This document shows, in pieces, positions 19,508 to 30,093 of a stretch of DNA of 64,000 nt. Within the stretch, counting starts at the first letter, position 1; each line of letters begins with the position of its first letter. The translations under genes were made by a program, and so were the position numbers. Location of the stretch: NCBI GenBank assembly GCA_023251875.1, contig JAHEXY010000005.1:251008-315007 (forward strand), given 5' to 3'. This DNA is from Bacteroidota bacterium (lineage in GTDB: Bacteria > Bacteroidota > Bacteroidia > JAHEXY01). The notes beneath the pieces were generated by a model. That model was not told the origin of the DNA. It worked only from the letters and a program-made list of their open reading frames with translations, and made no database searches.

Positions 19508-21205
19508 CTATCGTGAAATAATTAATTTTTGATAGGTACTTCCTGATTCAGATTGCATAGCAATAAAATACAAACCGCTTGGTATTTTATTTAGAGAAAT
19601 AACATGTGTGGTTTCTGAATTTGATATTCTAGAATTATATACTTCTCTTCCTTGCATATCTATTAATTGAATAAAACTATTGGGAGAAATCGGCTCTGAA
19701 AAATGAAGTGTTACATCATCTTTTGCAGGATTTGGAGAAATTGTAAAACTCAAATTGGATAAATTCATTTCTTCAATATTGCTGGTTTTTGCAGATGATG
19801 CTATTGTAAGTACATAATCTTCTACTTCTCCTCTTGAAAAAGCCTCACACGAGCTTGGATAAGCACCATATTTCATTGAAACACGCATACGTGTATTGCC
19901 TGATTTTGTATTTGCAGGTATGGTTAAAGAGTATTTATATGGTTTTCCATTACTAATTCCTTTGCAAATTTCTTCTCCCGTATCATCAAAATCTCCATCT
20001 TGATTATAATCAATCCAGATTGTAAAATATTCCTTTTGCATTTTAGAAATAAATCCTGGTTTTACAGATAGCGAATACAACACTCCGGGGTTAACATTAA
20101 TTGGATTTGAAGTAAAATCACCATAGCCATTATTATTTCCTGAATTATTGATAGATGAACCAAATGACACGCTATTAATAAATTCAGAGCTAGTATTTCC
20201 AGTTGAATTACAATACACAATAGTTGAAGTGGGTATTGAATCTACTGAGCTTTCTACTGATAATGAGTCACAATCTAATGTAAATGGATTTGAAGCATAA
20301 TCATTTTTCCACTTCTCAATTACTTCTGGTATAAACAACCATTCCACTTCACCTTTTCCAACATAATTATTTATAGAGTCCATAAGTTCCGGAAGCATAA
20401 GATCAATAAAATCTGATTTAAAAAGGCTTGCTTCTTCAAAAAACAAACTTGTGCAATAAAATCCATTACTTGGGGCAGTACCATTTTTAATTGCATTTAC
20501 TGCTTTTTTAATTATAGCCAAAACCGTAGCAGCACTGGTTGTATCATTCATTTCTATTCTGCAACCGTTCCCGTAAGAAATAAGATGATTGTTTGCATTA
20601 TGACTAAAAAAATCTGTCATTGAATTGGGTTTCCAAACTCCGTATAACTCCGGATCATCTAAATGCTGTAAAGTACCTGCCCCCCAAATAATTTCGGGAG
20701 CCCATACATATTGAGGATAATATTTTCCCGCAACAGGATTTTGATAAGATTGCCAGTCAGTGCCTCCTGCCATTACATGATCATATACCAAACCTCCCAT
20801 TACAACACCCGGGTCTAATCCTAGCGTAGTCATCATATAGGCGAGATCAGGGTAATTGTATTTGCTTTCATGGCTATGCAGTTCACATTGTACGTTATTG
20901 GGATAAGTTTGAACAATATATTTTAAAACATTTAATCCTCCGGTATTACTGGTAATAGAACCTACGTCTTGGGCAGCAACTGCTTGAAGTAATGTATAGT
21001 CACTTTGCATATCCCACTTAACTGCTTTTGTTTGGCAAAGCTGAGCCATCTTCAGCAGTTTATCACGTGTATTTGGGTAGGTACTTGAATTATAAACATA
21101 ATTATCCTCATTATGTGACACAAAATTGAGGTACACTTTGGGGGTAGATTGGGAGAAAAGCTGAGTACAATAAAGTACAAGAACCAATAGGGTAATTTTT
21201 TTCAT
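19508..21205 (-). CDS. T9SS type A cargo: unknown N-terminal domain (possibly NodB/deacetylase-like) + GEVED domain
   Basis: SHNED and ELHSHE; WIDYNQDGDF...RMRV...GEVEDY; SPNPA CTD. Confidence 0.8.
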   Translation of the reverse strand: MKKITLLVLVLYCTQLFSQSTPKVYLNFVSHNEDNYVYNSSTYPNTRDKLLKMAQLCQTKAVKWDMQSDYTLLQAVAAQDVGSITSNTGGLNVLKYIVQTYPNNVQCELHSHESKYNYPDLAYMMTTLGLDPGVVMGGLVYDHVMAGGTDWQSYQNPVAGKYYPQYVWAPEIIWGAGTLQHLDDPELYGVWKPNSMTDFFSHNANNHLISYGNGCRIEMNDTTSAATVLAIIKKAVNAIKNGTAPSNGFYCTSLFFEEASLFKSDFIDLMLPELMDSINNYVGKGEVEWLFIPEVIEKWKNDYASNPFTLDCDSLSVESSVDSIPTSTIVYCNSTGNTSSEFINSVSFGSSINNSGNNNGYGDFTSNPINVNPGVLYSLSVKPGFISKMQKEYFTIWIDYNQDGDFDDTGEEICKGISNGKPYKYSLTIPANTKSGNTRMRVSMKYGAYPSSCEAFSRGEVEDYVLTIASSAKTSNIEEMNLSNLSFTISPNPAKDDVTLHFSEPISPNSFIQLIDMQGREVYNSRISNSETTHVISLNKIPSGLYFIAMQSESGSTYQKLIISR

Positions 21206-21362
21206 AAGATATTTTGTTTTAGATATTAAGGGATATTAAAAACAATATATCTGTCCAGAAGAATGAAGACAAACAGATTTTTAGAGGAAATTTACCAGTC
21301 TGGCATTAAATATAAGCCGGTTTTTAATGGATAGAAAGCAATAATTAATTTATTAGAAACGG

Positions 21363-21947
21363 CTAATGCAAGGCAGCCGTAAAAGTAAGTGTGGAAATAA
21401 TTTCACCTTCTTTTTTATTGAGTTCTTCTAATCTTTTGTACACTAAAGTCTCGTCAAAGTATTGTAATGCAAAGCCCACAAAAATATGGCCATGCTTGGC
21501 TTCGGAAGCCCATAGTAAATGATAAAAGTTTTTAAGTTCAGCATCATCTAAAGCTTCATATACCAGTCTAAATCTTTCTGCTCCTCTACATTCAATTATT
21601 GAAGCCAGTAATAAACGATCCATAAATCTTTCATCGCGACCTGAGCGGCATAAACCAATCAATTGTTTTACATATAAGTCTTCTGAAATTTCATGTTTTA
21701 AAGGGATGCCTCTTTTTTGCATTATCTTGTATACATCCCTAAAGTGTTCTAGTTCTTCAATAGCAGTATCAATTAAATCGGGAATAATGGCTAAGCGGTC
21801 GGGATATTTTGCAGCAAGGCTCATGGCCATTGCAGATGCCTTGCGTTCACAATTGGCATGATCTTGTAAAAAAGAATTGAAATCATTCATTACTGCTTTT
21901 ATCCATAATGGGTTTGATGCTTGTACAAGATCTAGGCTTAGTTTCAT
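21363..21947 (-). CDS. miaE: tRNA-(ms2io6A) hydroxylase
   Basis: DHANCERKAS, EELEHF, IECRGAERF and SEAKH di-iron motifs. Confidence 0.9.
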   Translation of the reverse strand: MKLSLDLVQASNPLWIKAVMNDFNSFLQDHANCERKASAMAMSLAAKYPDRLAIIPDLIDTAIEELEHFRDVYKIMQKRGIPLKHEISEDLYVKQLIGLCRSGRDERFMDRLLLASIIECRGAERFRLVYEALDDAELKNFYHLLWASEAKHGHIFVGFALQYFDETLVYKRLEELNKKEGEIISTLTFTAALH

Positions 21948-22081
21948 TGAATGAATGGTTTGTATTTATTTCAACAAAAGTACAATTTATGCTACAAGTT
22001 TTTTGAATATGATGTTATGGATTTGTAAAATATTTATACATTGTAATTTACCCCTAGTACCCCATCAATTAAAAATGGCGA

Positions 22082-25000
22082 ATGAGAAAACGAATACTTT
22101 TTTTGTTTTTATTATTTCCTGTTTTATTATTTGCCCAACTCTCGGCTGATTTTACTTCAAATGCTACAACAGGCTGTGATTATTTAACGGTTAATTTTTC
22201 TGATCTTTCAACAGGGGCAATTAAATCTTGGAAATGGACCTTTGGTAATGGCAATACTTCTACCCTGCAAAATCCAACAGTAGTTTATAGTAGTCCGGGA
22301 AAATACACTGTTGTATTAACCATAACTGATAGCACAAACAATACATCTACCATAACAAAAAAAGATTACATTCAAGTTTATGTGCCGGCTACTGTTAATT
22401 TTTCATCAGACAAAGCTGGAGGATGCACACCCTTAGATGTTAGTTTTTCTGATTTATCTGTAATAGGTGATACAACCATAGCATCGTGGAAATGGGATTT
22501 AGGCGATGGGAATTTTAATTACCAACAAAACCCATCTCATACGTATACTACCATTGCCGGTAGCTACCAGGTTTCACTTGAAGTAACGGATAATAATGGA
22601 TGCAAATCAAAAACCATCAAACCATCATTTATTACTGTAACAAATCCCCCCATTTCTTATTTTTATATTGACTCCTCTCAAGTATTAGGTTGTAGTATTC
22701 CATACACACTTCCATTTACAAATTCAGAAATTGCATCCGATACCTATTTATGGAATTTTGGAGATGGAAATACCTCTTCTCAACAAAATACTTCTAATAC
22801 CTATACCAATTATGGTACTTATAATATTTCTTTAACTGTAACAAATATTTATGGATGCTCAAGCTCTTATGGTACTAATTATTGGTATGTAACTATAATA
22901 CCTTTTAATGCCGATTTTATTTTAGATTCAAGTGTAATTTGTAAAAATACAGGGATAACATTTATACACAATTCTGCTTTAAATGAAGAAGCTTGGAAAT
23001 GGGATTTTGGAGATGGAAATAATATTTACTCCGTTATTGATGATACTTTATGGCTTTCTGCTACAGATTCTATTTCCGATACCTTATACACTTTTCCAAT
23101 CTATGGAACATATACGCAACCTTTTTATAATTATGATAGCGCAGGAACTTATTCTGTAACATTATATGCCTATGATACCGTTGCTTTTAATAATAAAAGA
23201 TGTATTGATACTGTTTCAAAAATAGTAACAGTATTGCCATTGCCAAAAATTGATTTTACTATAAGTGATTCCATTGCTTGTATGGTTCCATTTGCTGTTC
23301 AATTTACTGATAATACTACAAACATTTCTTTACACACATGGGACATAAATTTTAGTATGGATAACATGATTTTTGTGATCGATACTTCAATAACAAATAA
23401 TGTATTGGCATATACATATCTCAATACCGGTATTTATTCCATTTCATTAACCGATATAGATATAAATGGATGTAGAGATACATTACTAAAAGATAGTCTT
23501 GTTTATATTATCCCACCTGATGCGGAACCTTATAGTAAAGGGTTTTGGAATGACACAACCCATAAAGGTGATCCTAATTATAATTATTGGTTCCCATATA
23601 ATTATTATGAATTTAGTGCTTGTGCCCCGGCAACTATTCCTTTCGAAGACGTTTCATATTCAAATGAACAAATAAACTATTGGCATTGGACTTTTGGAGA
23701 ACCATCAACAGGTTCATTAGATACCTCATTTTTGCAAACACCCTCTCACTTATATGCCGATTCCGGTATTTATACAGGTTCTTTATATATAGAAACTGTG
23801 AGTGGTTGTAAAGACTCCACTAAATTTTATGTTTATTTAGGAATTAAACCTACGGCTTCTTTTTCTTTACCCAGTGATACTATTTGCCACGGATCATCTA
23901 CAATATTTATAGACTCTGTAAGTAGTAATGTAAACCATTGGGAGTGGCATGTTTATTATCAAATAAATTTAGATTCAATATATTCCCATTGGGATACAAT
24001 TAATAATTCAGTAGTTTATACATACGATACTGTTGTTTATGTTGAAAAAAATGATGATTATTTAAATAATCCCTCTTATTCTTGTGTTTTTAAAGATACC
24101 GGATATTTTGCAGCTAGTTTGCAATCCTATCATTATGGATGTGCATCTGATATTTTTTTATTTGATTCAATGGTTTATATTTTAGAACCCCATCCCTATT
24201 TTACAATTACCGGGGCAAATAATCATATTTTACCGGATGGAACTGAAGAATATGTTTTTTGTCCTTCAAATCTTCCTCCATACACTATTTCTCTTAAAGA
24301 TTATTCAAAAGGAGCGCATCATTGGTATTGGGATTTTGGAGATACCACAGCAGGTTCGGTCAATTATTATGATGGACAATATCCACCACCTTTTACGTAC
24401 GCAAAACGAGGAAATTATACTGTTACTCTTACTTGTGTAAACGATTCAACAGGCTGTTCTGATTTTTTTTCATATCCTATAATATGGTCAGATCTGAGTA
24501 CTGAAATTGCTATTGATTCAACTTTATTATATAAACAATGCGCACCAGCCAATTTACCATTTATAAATGCATCTACTTCTAGTGATGCCATGTGGTGGGA
24601 ATGGAATTTTGGAGATTCTACCCAAGCGGTAATTTATAATACGGGTTCTTCTTCCGATTCTATTTTAACAAATCCCGGTTATAATACTATTGATTCTTAT
24701 ACCTATGGCACTTATATCGAACCGGTTCATATTTATAATAAGGTTGGTAACCATACTATAACATTAATGGTATATAATGATAAAGGTTGTAAATCTTCAG
24801 ATACTTTTGATTTGATAGAAGTGTATCCTCAACCTAGTATAAATTTTGTAGGAGATAAATTAGGAGGCTGTGTTCCTTTTGATGTTAACTTTACTGACAA
24901 GAGTATTTCTGATACAAGCCTAAGCAGTTGGAATTGGAATTTTGGTGATAAAAAATCGACAATAAATAACACTTCTATTCTTCAAAATCCAACTCATACT

Positions 25001-26920
25001 TTTGCCGATACAGGCGTTTTTAATATTCGTTTAATCGTGAATGATCAAAACAGTTGTAAAGATACACTCATAGATACTGCTTATATAACAGCAACAACTG
25101 CAATTGCAAATTTCGGTTTCGGAGGATCAAGTAATTGCCATGATAAACCATTAAGTATATATAATTATTCATTAGGAAAAGGGCTTTCATATCAATGGAA
25201 TTATGGTGATAATACTCCCATTGATACTTCATCTATCCCTTCTCATTATTATTCTTCAATTACATCGTCTCAAACTGTAACTGTAACATTAATTGTGAAT
25301 AGTAGTTACGGTTGTTCCGATACGCTTTCTGCCAAAGAAGATATTCTTAAAACAATTGGCAATTTTAGTATAGACCAAAACATAGGTAATTGCCCTCCTT
25401 TTTTTGCTTCCTTTTTAGATTCATCATCTAATGATATAACTATTTGGGAATATGATTTTGGTGATGGAAATAAGTCAACATTTTATTATACCATTCCGGA
25501 TACCATTTCTCATGTTTATAATAATCCCGGAACTTATGATGTTATGTTAATAGTAACCAATTATATTAGTTGCATCGATACTGTATACCTACCCCAAGCT
25601 TTGTTTATTCAAGGCCCTCAGGGAAGTTTTTCTTATAGTCCTCATGAAGGCTGTCCTCCCATTGATGTTACATTTATTCCATCAAACATTTCAAATGTGG
25701 CTCAATATTATTGGGTATTTGGAGACGGCTATACTTCAAAAACTGATACTGTTGTGCATACCTATGATCAAGCAGGATATTTTTTTCCAACCTTAATTAT
25801 TACTGATTCCATTATTACATTAATTGGTGATACCGAAACCTGTACTATTACAATAATAGGAGATAGCTCCATTTATGTTCCGGGGCCTCAAGTTGATTTT
25901 CAATTATCTAAAACGGATACTGCTTGTAAGGGAGAACTCATTAGCTTTATAAATAATACAGACTCAACTGATATAAATGAATGGAGATGGTATTTTGGCG
26001 ATGGGGATACTGCTGTTGATTATAATACATGCCATCAATATAACTCCTCCGGTTTTTATGATGTATCATTATATGGGTTTACTTATTTAAGTTCCGATAC
26101 ATGCATTTATTATTATACGCAGCCAAATGCAATCAATATTTTTCAGTCGCCTGATATTCTTATTTCTGATCAATACCAAGAAGGTTGTCCCCCTGTTGCT
26201 GTTCAATTATTCATAGATTCACAAAGCATTGCTTATACTATCGACTCATTGCAATGGAACTTTAATAACCAAACTTCATACGGAGATACGGCACTGTTTT
26301 TTGTTAATAATTCAGATTCATTTCCAACTTCATTAAAGGTTATTTTTACTAATGGTTGTGAAGAAGTTTATACAGATACATTTGGTTTTTTTGTTTATCC
26401 TTCGCCAATTGCCGATTTTTCAATAATTGGAGAACAAAATACTTTAGGGGCGTACAAACAATTTATTCAGTTAAACAATACTTCTCAAAATGCAGTTTCA
26501 TATTTATGGAATTTTGGTGATAGTACTGTAATTGATACCACAATAAATCCCAAACACAATTATGATACAGATGGTAATTTTTCTGTTCAATTAATTGCAG
26601 TTAGTGATTCGGGATGTATAGATACATTGCTAGTTCCCATTAAAATATATTTAGGAGCTGATGTGCCTAATACTTTTAGCCCTAACGGAGATGGAATAAA
26701 TGATGCCTTTGTATTGAATTTAAGTGGCGAATATAGCGATAATCTATCTATAGAATTTTTTAATAGATGGGGAAAACGTATTTATAAAAATGACGATTAT
26801 CAAAATAACTGGGATGGAAAAGACAAAAACAATAAGTTGGTTCAGCCTGATACATATTATTATATTCTTAAATATAAAAATAAAAAAGTATGGGCAGGTT
26901 GGCTGAGAATTATTTATTGA
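22082..26920 (+). CDS. Large multi-PKD surface protein with T9SS type B CTD
   Basis: More than ten WxFGDG PKD motifs; PNTFSPNGDGIND...FNRWG...WDG. Confidence 0.9.
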   Translation: MRKRILFLFLLFPVLLFAQLSADFTSNATTGCDYLTVNFSDLSTGAIKSWKWTFGNGNTSTLQNPTVVYSSPGKYTVVLTITDSTNNTSTITKKDYIQVYVPATVNFSSDKAGGCTPLDVSFSDLSVIGDTTIASWKWDLGDGNFNYQQNPSHTYTTIAGSYQVSLEVTDNNGCKSKTIKPSFITVTNPPISYFYIDSSQVLGCSIPYTLPFTNSEIASDTYLWNFGDGNTSSQQNTSNTYTNYGTYNISLTVTNIYGCSSSYGTNYWYVTIIPFNADFILDSSVICKNTGITFIHNSALNEEAWKWDFGDGNNIYSVIDDTLWLSATDSISDTLYTFPIYGTYTQPFYNYDSAGTYSVTLYAYDTVAFNNKRCIDTVSKIVTVLPLPKIDFTISDSIACMVPFAVQFTDNTTNISLHTWDINFSMDNMIFVIDTSITNNVLAYTYLNTGIYSISLTDIDINGCRDTLLKDSLVYIIPPDAEPYSKGFWNDTTHKGDPNYNYWFPYNYYEFSACAPATIPFEDVSYSNEQINYWHWTFGEPSTGSLDTSFLQTPSHLYADSGIYTGSLYIETVSGCKDSTKFYVYLGIKPTASFSLPSDTICHGSSTIFIDSVSSNVNHWEWHVYYQINLDSIYSHWDTINNSVVYTYDTVVYVEKNDDYLNNPSYSCVFKDTGYFAASLQSYHYGCASDIFLFDSMVYILEPHPYFTITGANNHILPDGTEEYVFCPSNLPPYTISLKDYSKGAHHWYWDFGDTTAGSVNYYDGQYPPPFTYAKRGNYTVTLTCVNDSTGCSDFFSYPIIWSDLSTEIAIDSTLLYKQCAPANLPFINASTSSDAMWWEWNFGDSTQAVIYNTGSSSDSILTNPGYNTIDSYTYGTYIEPVHIYNKVGNHTITLMVYNDKGCKSSDTFDLIEVYPQPSINFVGDKLGGCVPFDVNFTDKSISDTSLSSWNWNFGDKKSTINNTSILQNPTHTFADTGVFNIRLIVNDQNSCKDTLIDTAYITATTAIANFGFGGSSNCHDKPLSIYNYSLGKGLSYQWNYGDNTPIDTSSIPSHYYSSITSSQTVTVTLIVNSSYGCSDTLSAKEDILKTIGNFSIDQNIGNCPPFFASFLDSSSNDITIWEYDFGDGNKSTFYYTIPDTISHVYNNPGTYDVMLIVTNYISCIDTVYLPQALFIQGPQGSFSYSPHEGCPPIDVTFIPSNISNVAQYYWVFGDGYTSKTDTVVHTYDQAGYFFPTLIITDSIITLIGDTETCTITIIGDSSIYVPGPQVDFQLSKTDTACKGELISFINNTDSTDINEWRWYFGDGDTAVDYNTCHQYNSSGFYDVSLYGFTYLSSDTCIYYYTQPNAINIFQSPDILISDQYQEGCPPVAVQLFIDSQSIAYTIDSLQWNFNNQTSYGDTALFFVNNSDSFPTSLKVIFTNGCEEVYTDTFGFFVYPSPIADFSIIGEQNTLGAYKQFIQLNNTSQNAVSYLWNFGDSTVIDTTINPKHNYDTDGNFSVQLIAVSDSGCIDTLLVPIKIYLGADVPNTFSPNGDGINDAFVLNLSGEYSDNLSIEFFNRWGKRIYKNDDYQNNWDGKDKNNKLVQPDTYYYILKYKNKKVWAGWLRIIY

Positions 26921-26921
26921 A

Positions 26922-28160
26922 ATGAGTAATTTCTATCTTCAAAAATATGCTTATTGCCAAGAGCAAATTAAAGCCAGACCTTGTGAGGGATTAGGAATAA
27001 TAGTTGTTATACCATGTTTTAACGAACCTGATTTAATTTCTACTTTAAAAAGTATACATGCATGTGATAAGCCTAAATGTGCTGTTGAAGTTATTGTAGT
27101 AATTAATGCTCCTGAAAATGCAGATGAAAATGTTAGGCTGCAAAATAGTTCGACCTATGATGAGGCTATAGCGTTTAGCAAAGAGGTAAAATCGAATCAT
27201 TTTTTATTTCATATTCTCAATGTGGAATTGCCAATACGAGATGCAGGCGTGGGCTTGGCACGCAAAGTAGGAATGGACGAAGCAGTAAGCCGATTTGAGA
27301 AAATTAGAAATCATGAGGGTTTAATTGTTTGCTTAGATGCAGATAGTTTAGTTGATAATCATTATTTAACTGAAATTGAAAAGCATTTTGAGATAAATAA
27401 GAAAAGTGTTGCTGCCTCCATTTATTTTGAACATCCTCTTGAAGGAAAATTGGAAAGTAAAGTTTATGAAGGCATTGTTTTGTACGAATTATTTTTGAGG
27501 TATTATGTAAATGCATTACGATATGCAGGCCATCCCTATGCTTTTGAAACAATAGGATCGAGTATGGTGGTTCGTTCAAATGCTTATCAGGCACAAGGAG
27601 GAATGAACAAACGAAAAGCCGGAGAAGATTTTTATTTTTTGCAAAAAATGATTGCATTAGGAAAGTATACTGAAATAAATGCCACACGAGTTATTCCTTC
27701 TCCCCGAATTTCAAACCGAGTTCCATTTGGTACAGGTAGGGCTATTGGCGATTTTACTAATGGAAAAGAAATTTTATTTTATGATTTCAGGATATTTACA
27801 GCACTTAAAAAATTTATTGAATCTGTTTCAGATTTGTATCGTATTCAAAAAATGGAAACGTATTTAAGTACGCTCCCCGAATGTGTGCTTAATTTTCTTA
27901 AGAAAAATGAATTCGAAAAAGTACTGGAGGAAATTAAAACCAATACCTCAAATCAAGAGAATTTTGAGAAGCGTTTTTTTAATTGGTTCAATGGGTTTTT
28001 AGTACTCAAATATGTGCATTATGCTACTGAGCATTTTTATAATCGAGTAAGTGCATTAGAAGCCACACATGATTTAATGCTTGTGATAAATAAAAATGAA
28101 AAAATTAAATCGGAGAAAGAGGCATTATTGTATTGGAGAGATTCTGATAAAAATTCTTAG
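26922..28160 (+). CDS. Glycosyltransferase family 2
   Basis: VVIPCFNE, GVGLARK, LDAD (DxD) and AGEDFYF. Confidence 0.85.
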   Translation: MSNFYLQKYAYCQEQIKARPCEGLGIIVVIPCFNEPDLISTLKSIHACDKPKCAVEVIVVINAPENADENVRLQNSSTYDEAIAFSKEVKSNHFLFHILNVELPIRDAGVGLARKVGMDEAVSRFEKIRNHEGLIVCLDADSLVDNHYLTEIEKHFEINKKSVAASIYFEHPLEGKLESKVYEGIVLYELFLRYYVNALRYAGHPYAFETIGSSMVVRSNAYQAQGGMNKRKAGEDFYFLQKMIALGKYTEINATRVIPSPRISNRVPFGTGRAIGDFTNGKEILFYDFRIFTALKKFIESVSDLYRIQKMETYLSTLPECVLNFLKKNEFEKVLEEIKTNTSNQENFEKRFFNWFNGFLVLKYVHYATEHFYNRVSALEATHDLMLVINKNEKIKSEKEALLYWRDSDKNS

Positions 28161-28190
28161 GTTTTGCTAAATCCTACTCGTCTTAATTTT

Positions 28191-29195
28191 TTAAACAATT
28201 CCTTCTTTCATTAAATCATGAATATGCACTACACCTACATATTTACCTTCTTGTTCAATAAGTACTTGTGTAATTTTATTTTTTTTCATCATGCTTAAAG
28301 CATCTACTGCTAATGTACCTGCTTCAAGCATTCTTGGCTTTGGCGACATAATATCTTTTGCTTTTAGCGCTTCAATATTTACCTCAGATTTTTCGAGCAT
28401 ACGTCTAATATCTCCGTCCGTAATAATTCCAATTAATTGATCATTTTGCATAACAGCCGTTGCTCCCAAACGTTTTGAAGATATCTCAAAAATGACTTGC
28501 CTAACAGAATCTTCTGCGTTTACTTTGGGCACTTCATTGATGGGGTAAATATCATCAACTCTTAGGTACAATCGTTTTCCGAGTGAACCTCCGGGATGAA
28601 TTTTCGCAAAATCCATAGGTGTAAAATCTTTACAAGCCAAAAGGCACATGGCAAGTGCATCTCCCATTACCAATTGTGCAGTAGTGCTTGAAGTAGGAGC
28701 TAAATTATTGGGACAAGCCTCTTTTTCAACACTTGCATTTAAAACATAATCAGCATGAATAGCCAAATATGAATTTACATTGCCTGTAATGGCTACAATT
28801 TTATTGCCCATGTTTTTTATAAGCGGAACCAGTACTTTAATTTCTGAAGTATCACCACTCTTAGATAAACAAAGCACCACATCATCTGCTTGAATAATTC
28901 CTAAATCGCCATGAATGGCATCAGCAGCATGCATAAAAATAGAAGGGGAGCCGGTAGAACTTAGTGTACCAACAATTTTACGTGCGATTTGAGCACTTTT
29001 TCCCACTCCTGTGGCAACAATTCTTCCCTTGCTTTTTGCTAAATATTCAACACAGCGAATAAAGGAATCGTCAACATATTTGATTAAATCTTGAATGGAT
29101 TGCGCTTCAATTTTTATAGTTGATACGGCTATGTTTTTTATTTCTTCTGCAGATTTCAAATCAGTAAGATTTAATTTTCCACTAAAATAAGTCAA
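28191..29195 (-). CDS. kdsD: Arabinose-5-phosphate isomerase, KpsF/GutQ family (SIS + CBS)
   Basis: TGVGKS, HGDLG, EACPNNLAPTSSTT, HPGGSLG and GIITDGD; true start may be ~29159. Confidence 0.92.
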   Translation of the reverse strand: MTYFSGKLNLTDLKSAEEIKNIAVSTIKIEAQSIQDLIKYVDDSFIRCVEYLAKSKGRIVATGVGKSAQIARKIVGTLSSTGSPSIFMHAADAIHGDLGIIQADDVVLCLSKSGDTSEIKVLVPLIKNMGNKIVAITGNVNSYLAIHADYVLNASVEKEACPNNLAPTSSTTAQLVMGDALAMCLLACKDFTPMDFAKIHPGGSLGKRLYLRVDDIYPINEVPKVNAEDSVRQVIFEISSKRLGATAVMQNDQLIGIITDGDIRRMLEKSEVNIEALKAKDIMSPKPRMLEAGTLAVDALSMMKKNKITQVLIEQEGKYVGVVHIHDLMKEGIV

Positions 29196-29226
29196 ATTTC
29201 CTTCTCTTTATAGTTTCGAAAATTTC

Positions 29227-29234
29227 TATATTTG
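29227..29234 (+). promoter_or_regulatory. -7 promoter element
   Basis: TATATTTG 29 bp upstream of the ATG at 29264. Confidence 0.55.
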
Positions 29235-29263
29235 TGGTCTTTAAAATATTTAAATAAAATTGC

Positions 29264-29941
29264 ATGAAGAAATTTTTACTCCTCATCACTTTATTGAGTA
29301 CAATTGGATCTCTTTTCTCTCAAAATAAAAGTACGTTCGTTTTTGAAAGTATTCAATCTGTAAGTGAGAAATTAAAGGCGACAGATGCCAATACCAATAT
29401 CTCTATTGAAACAGAAAAAAACAAAAATACCTCTAATAAAACCACTTTTGGTGCAGGTACTATTATTTGGTCAGAAGATCTTGGAAATGGATTTCCTGTT
29501 GGTTGGAAAATAAACGATGTTTCCGGTATTTGCCCTTGGGTATATTCACAAGATGGGTCATGGGGGTATTATAATGGCAATAGTGCTACTAAAGCCGGAA
29601 CGGCAATAAAATCTACTACGGCATCCAATGGATTTTTACTTTCAAATCCGGATTCTGCCAATTATGTAAACTATGGTTTGCCATCAGAAACTACGTATCA
29701 ATATCTGGAAACATATATTACAACAAGCATTAATTATTTCTTGAGTGCGGCTTCGGAACATGTTGTAATCAATATTTATAATTCACTTGGAGAAAAAGTT
29801 GATACCTATGATGAAGGAGCTAAATTGGCAGGAAGATATACACTTGCAATCAATGCCGATCATCTTTCAAGTGGGGTTTATCATTACACACTTATTAGTG
29901 GTAAAAATAACATAACTAAAAAAATGACCATTTCTAAATAA
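29264..29941 (+). CDS. T9SS type A cargo protein, probably internally deleted
   Basis: Signal peptide; IWSED N-domain; the CTD (IYNSLGE...SSGVYHY) lacks the usual YPNP start. Confidence 0.6.
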   Translation: MKKFLLLITLLSTIGSLFSQNKSTFVFESIQSVSEKLKATDANTNISIETEKNKNTSNKTTFGAGTIIWSEDLGNGFPVGWKINDVSGICPWVYSQDGSWGYYNGNSATKAGTAIKSTTASNGFLLSNPDSANYVNYGLPSETTYQYLETYITTSINYFLSAASEHVVINIYNSLGEKVDTYDEGAKLAGRYTLAINADHLSSGVYHYTLISGKNNITKKMTISK

Positions 29942-29958
29942 ACTATCCCTTAACCCAG

Positions 29959-29994
29959 AAAAGCCGGTTATGTTTTTACATGCCGGTTTTTTTT
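29959..29994 (+). terminator. Probable Rho-independent terminator
   Basis: aaaagccgg...gccggtttttttt. Confidence 0.6.
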
Positions 29995-30068
29995 AATGAG
30001 ACTCAGATTTTAGGAGCGATTGCGAAAAAAATCTGTAGGTCGAATTAATCCCGATTTTTTATCGGGAT
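29993..30068. repeat. ~75-bp composite palindromic element (TTAGTGAGA...AGTCGAACTAA-TCCCG..CGGGAT family)
   Basis: Near-identical to 50373-50447; related to 47244-47327, 45887-45953 and 49067-49133. Confidence 0.8.
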
Positions 30069-30093
30069 ATTATTTGTAATTAAATTTTATTTT

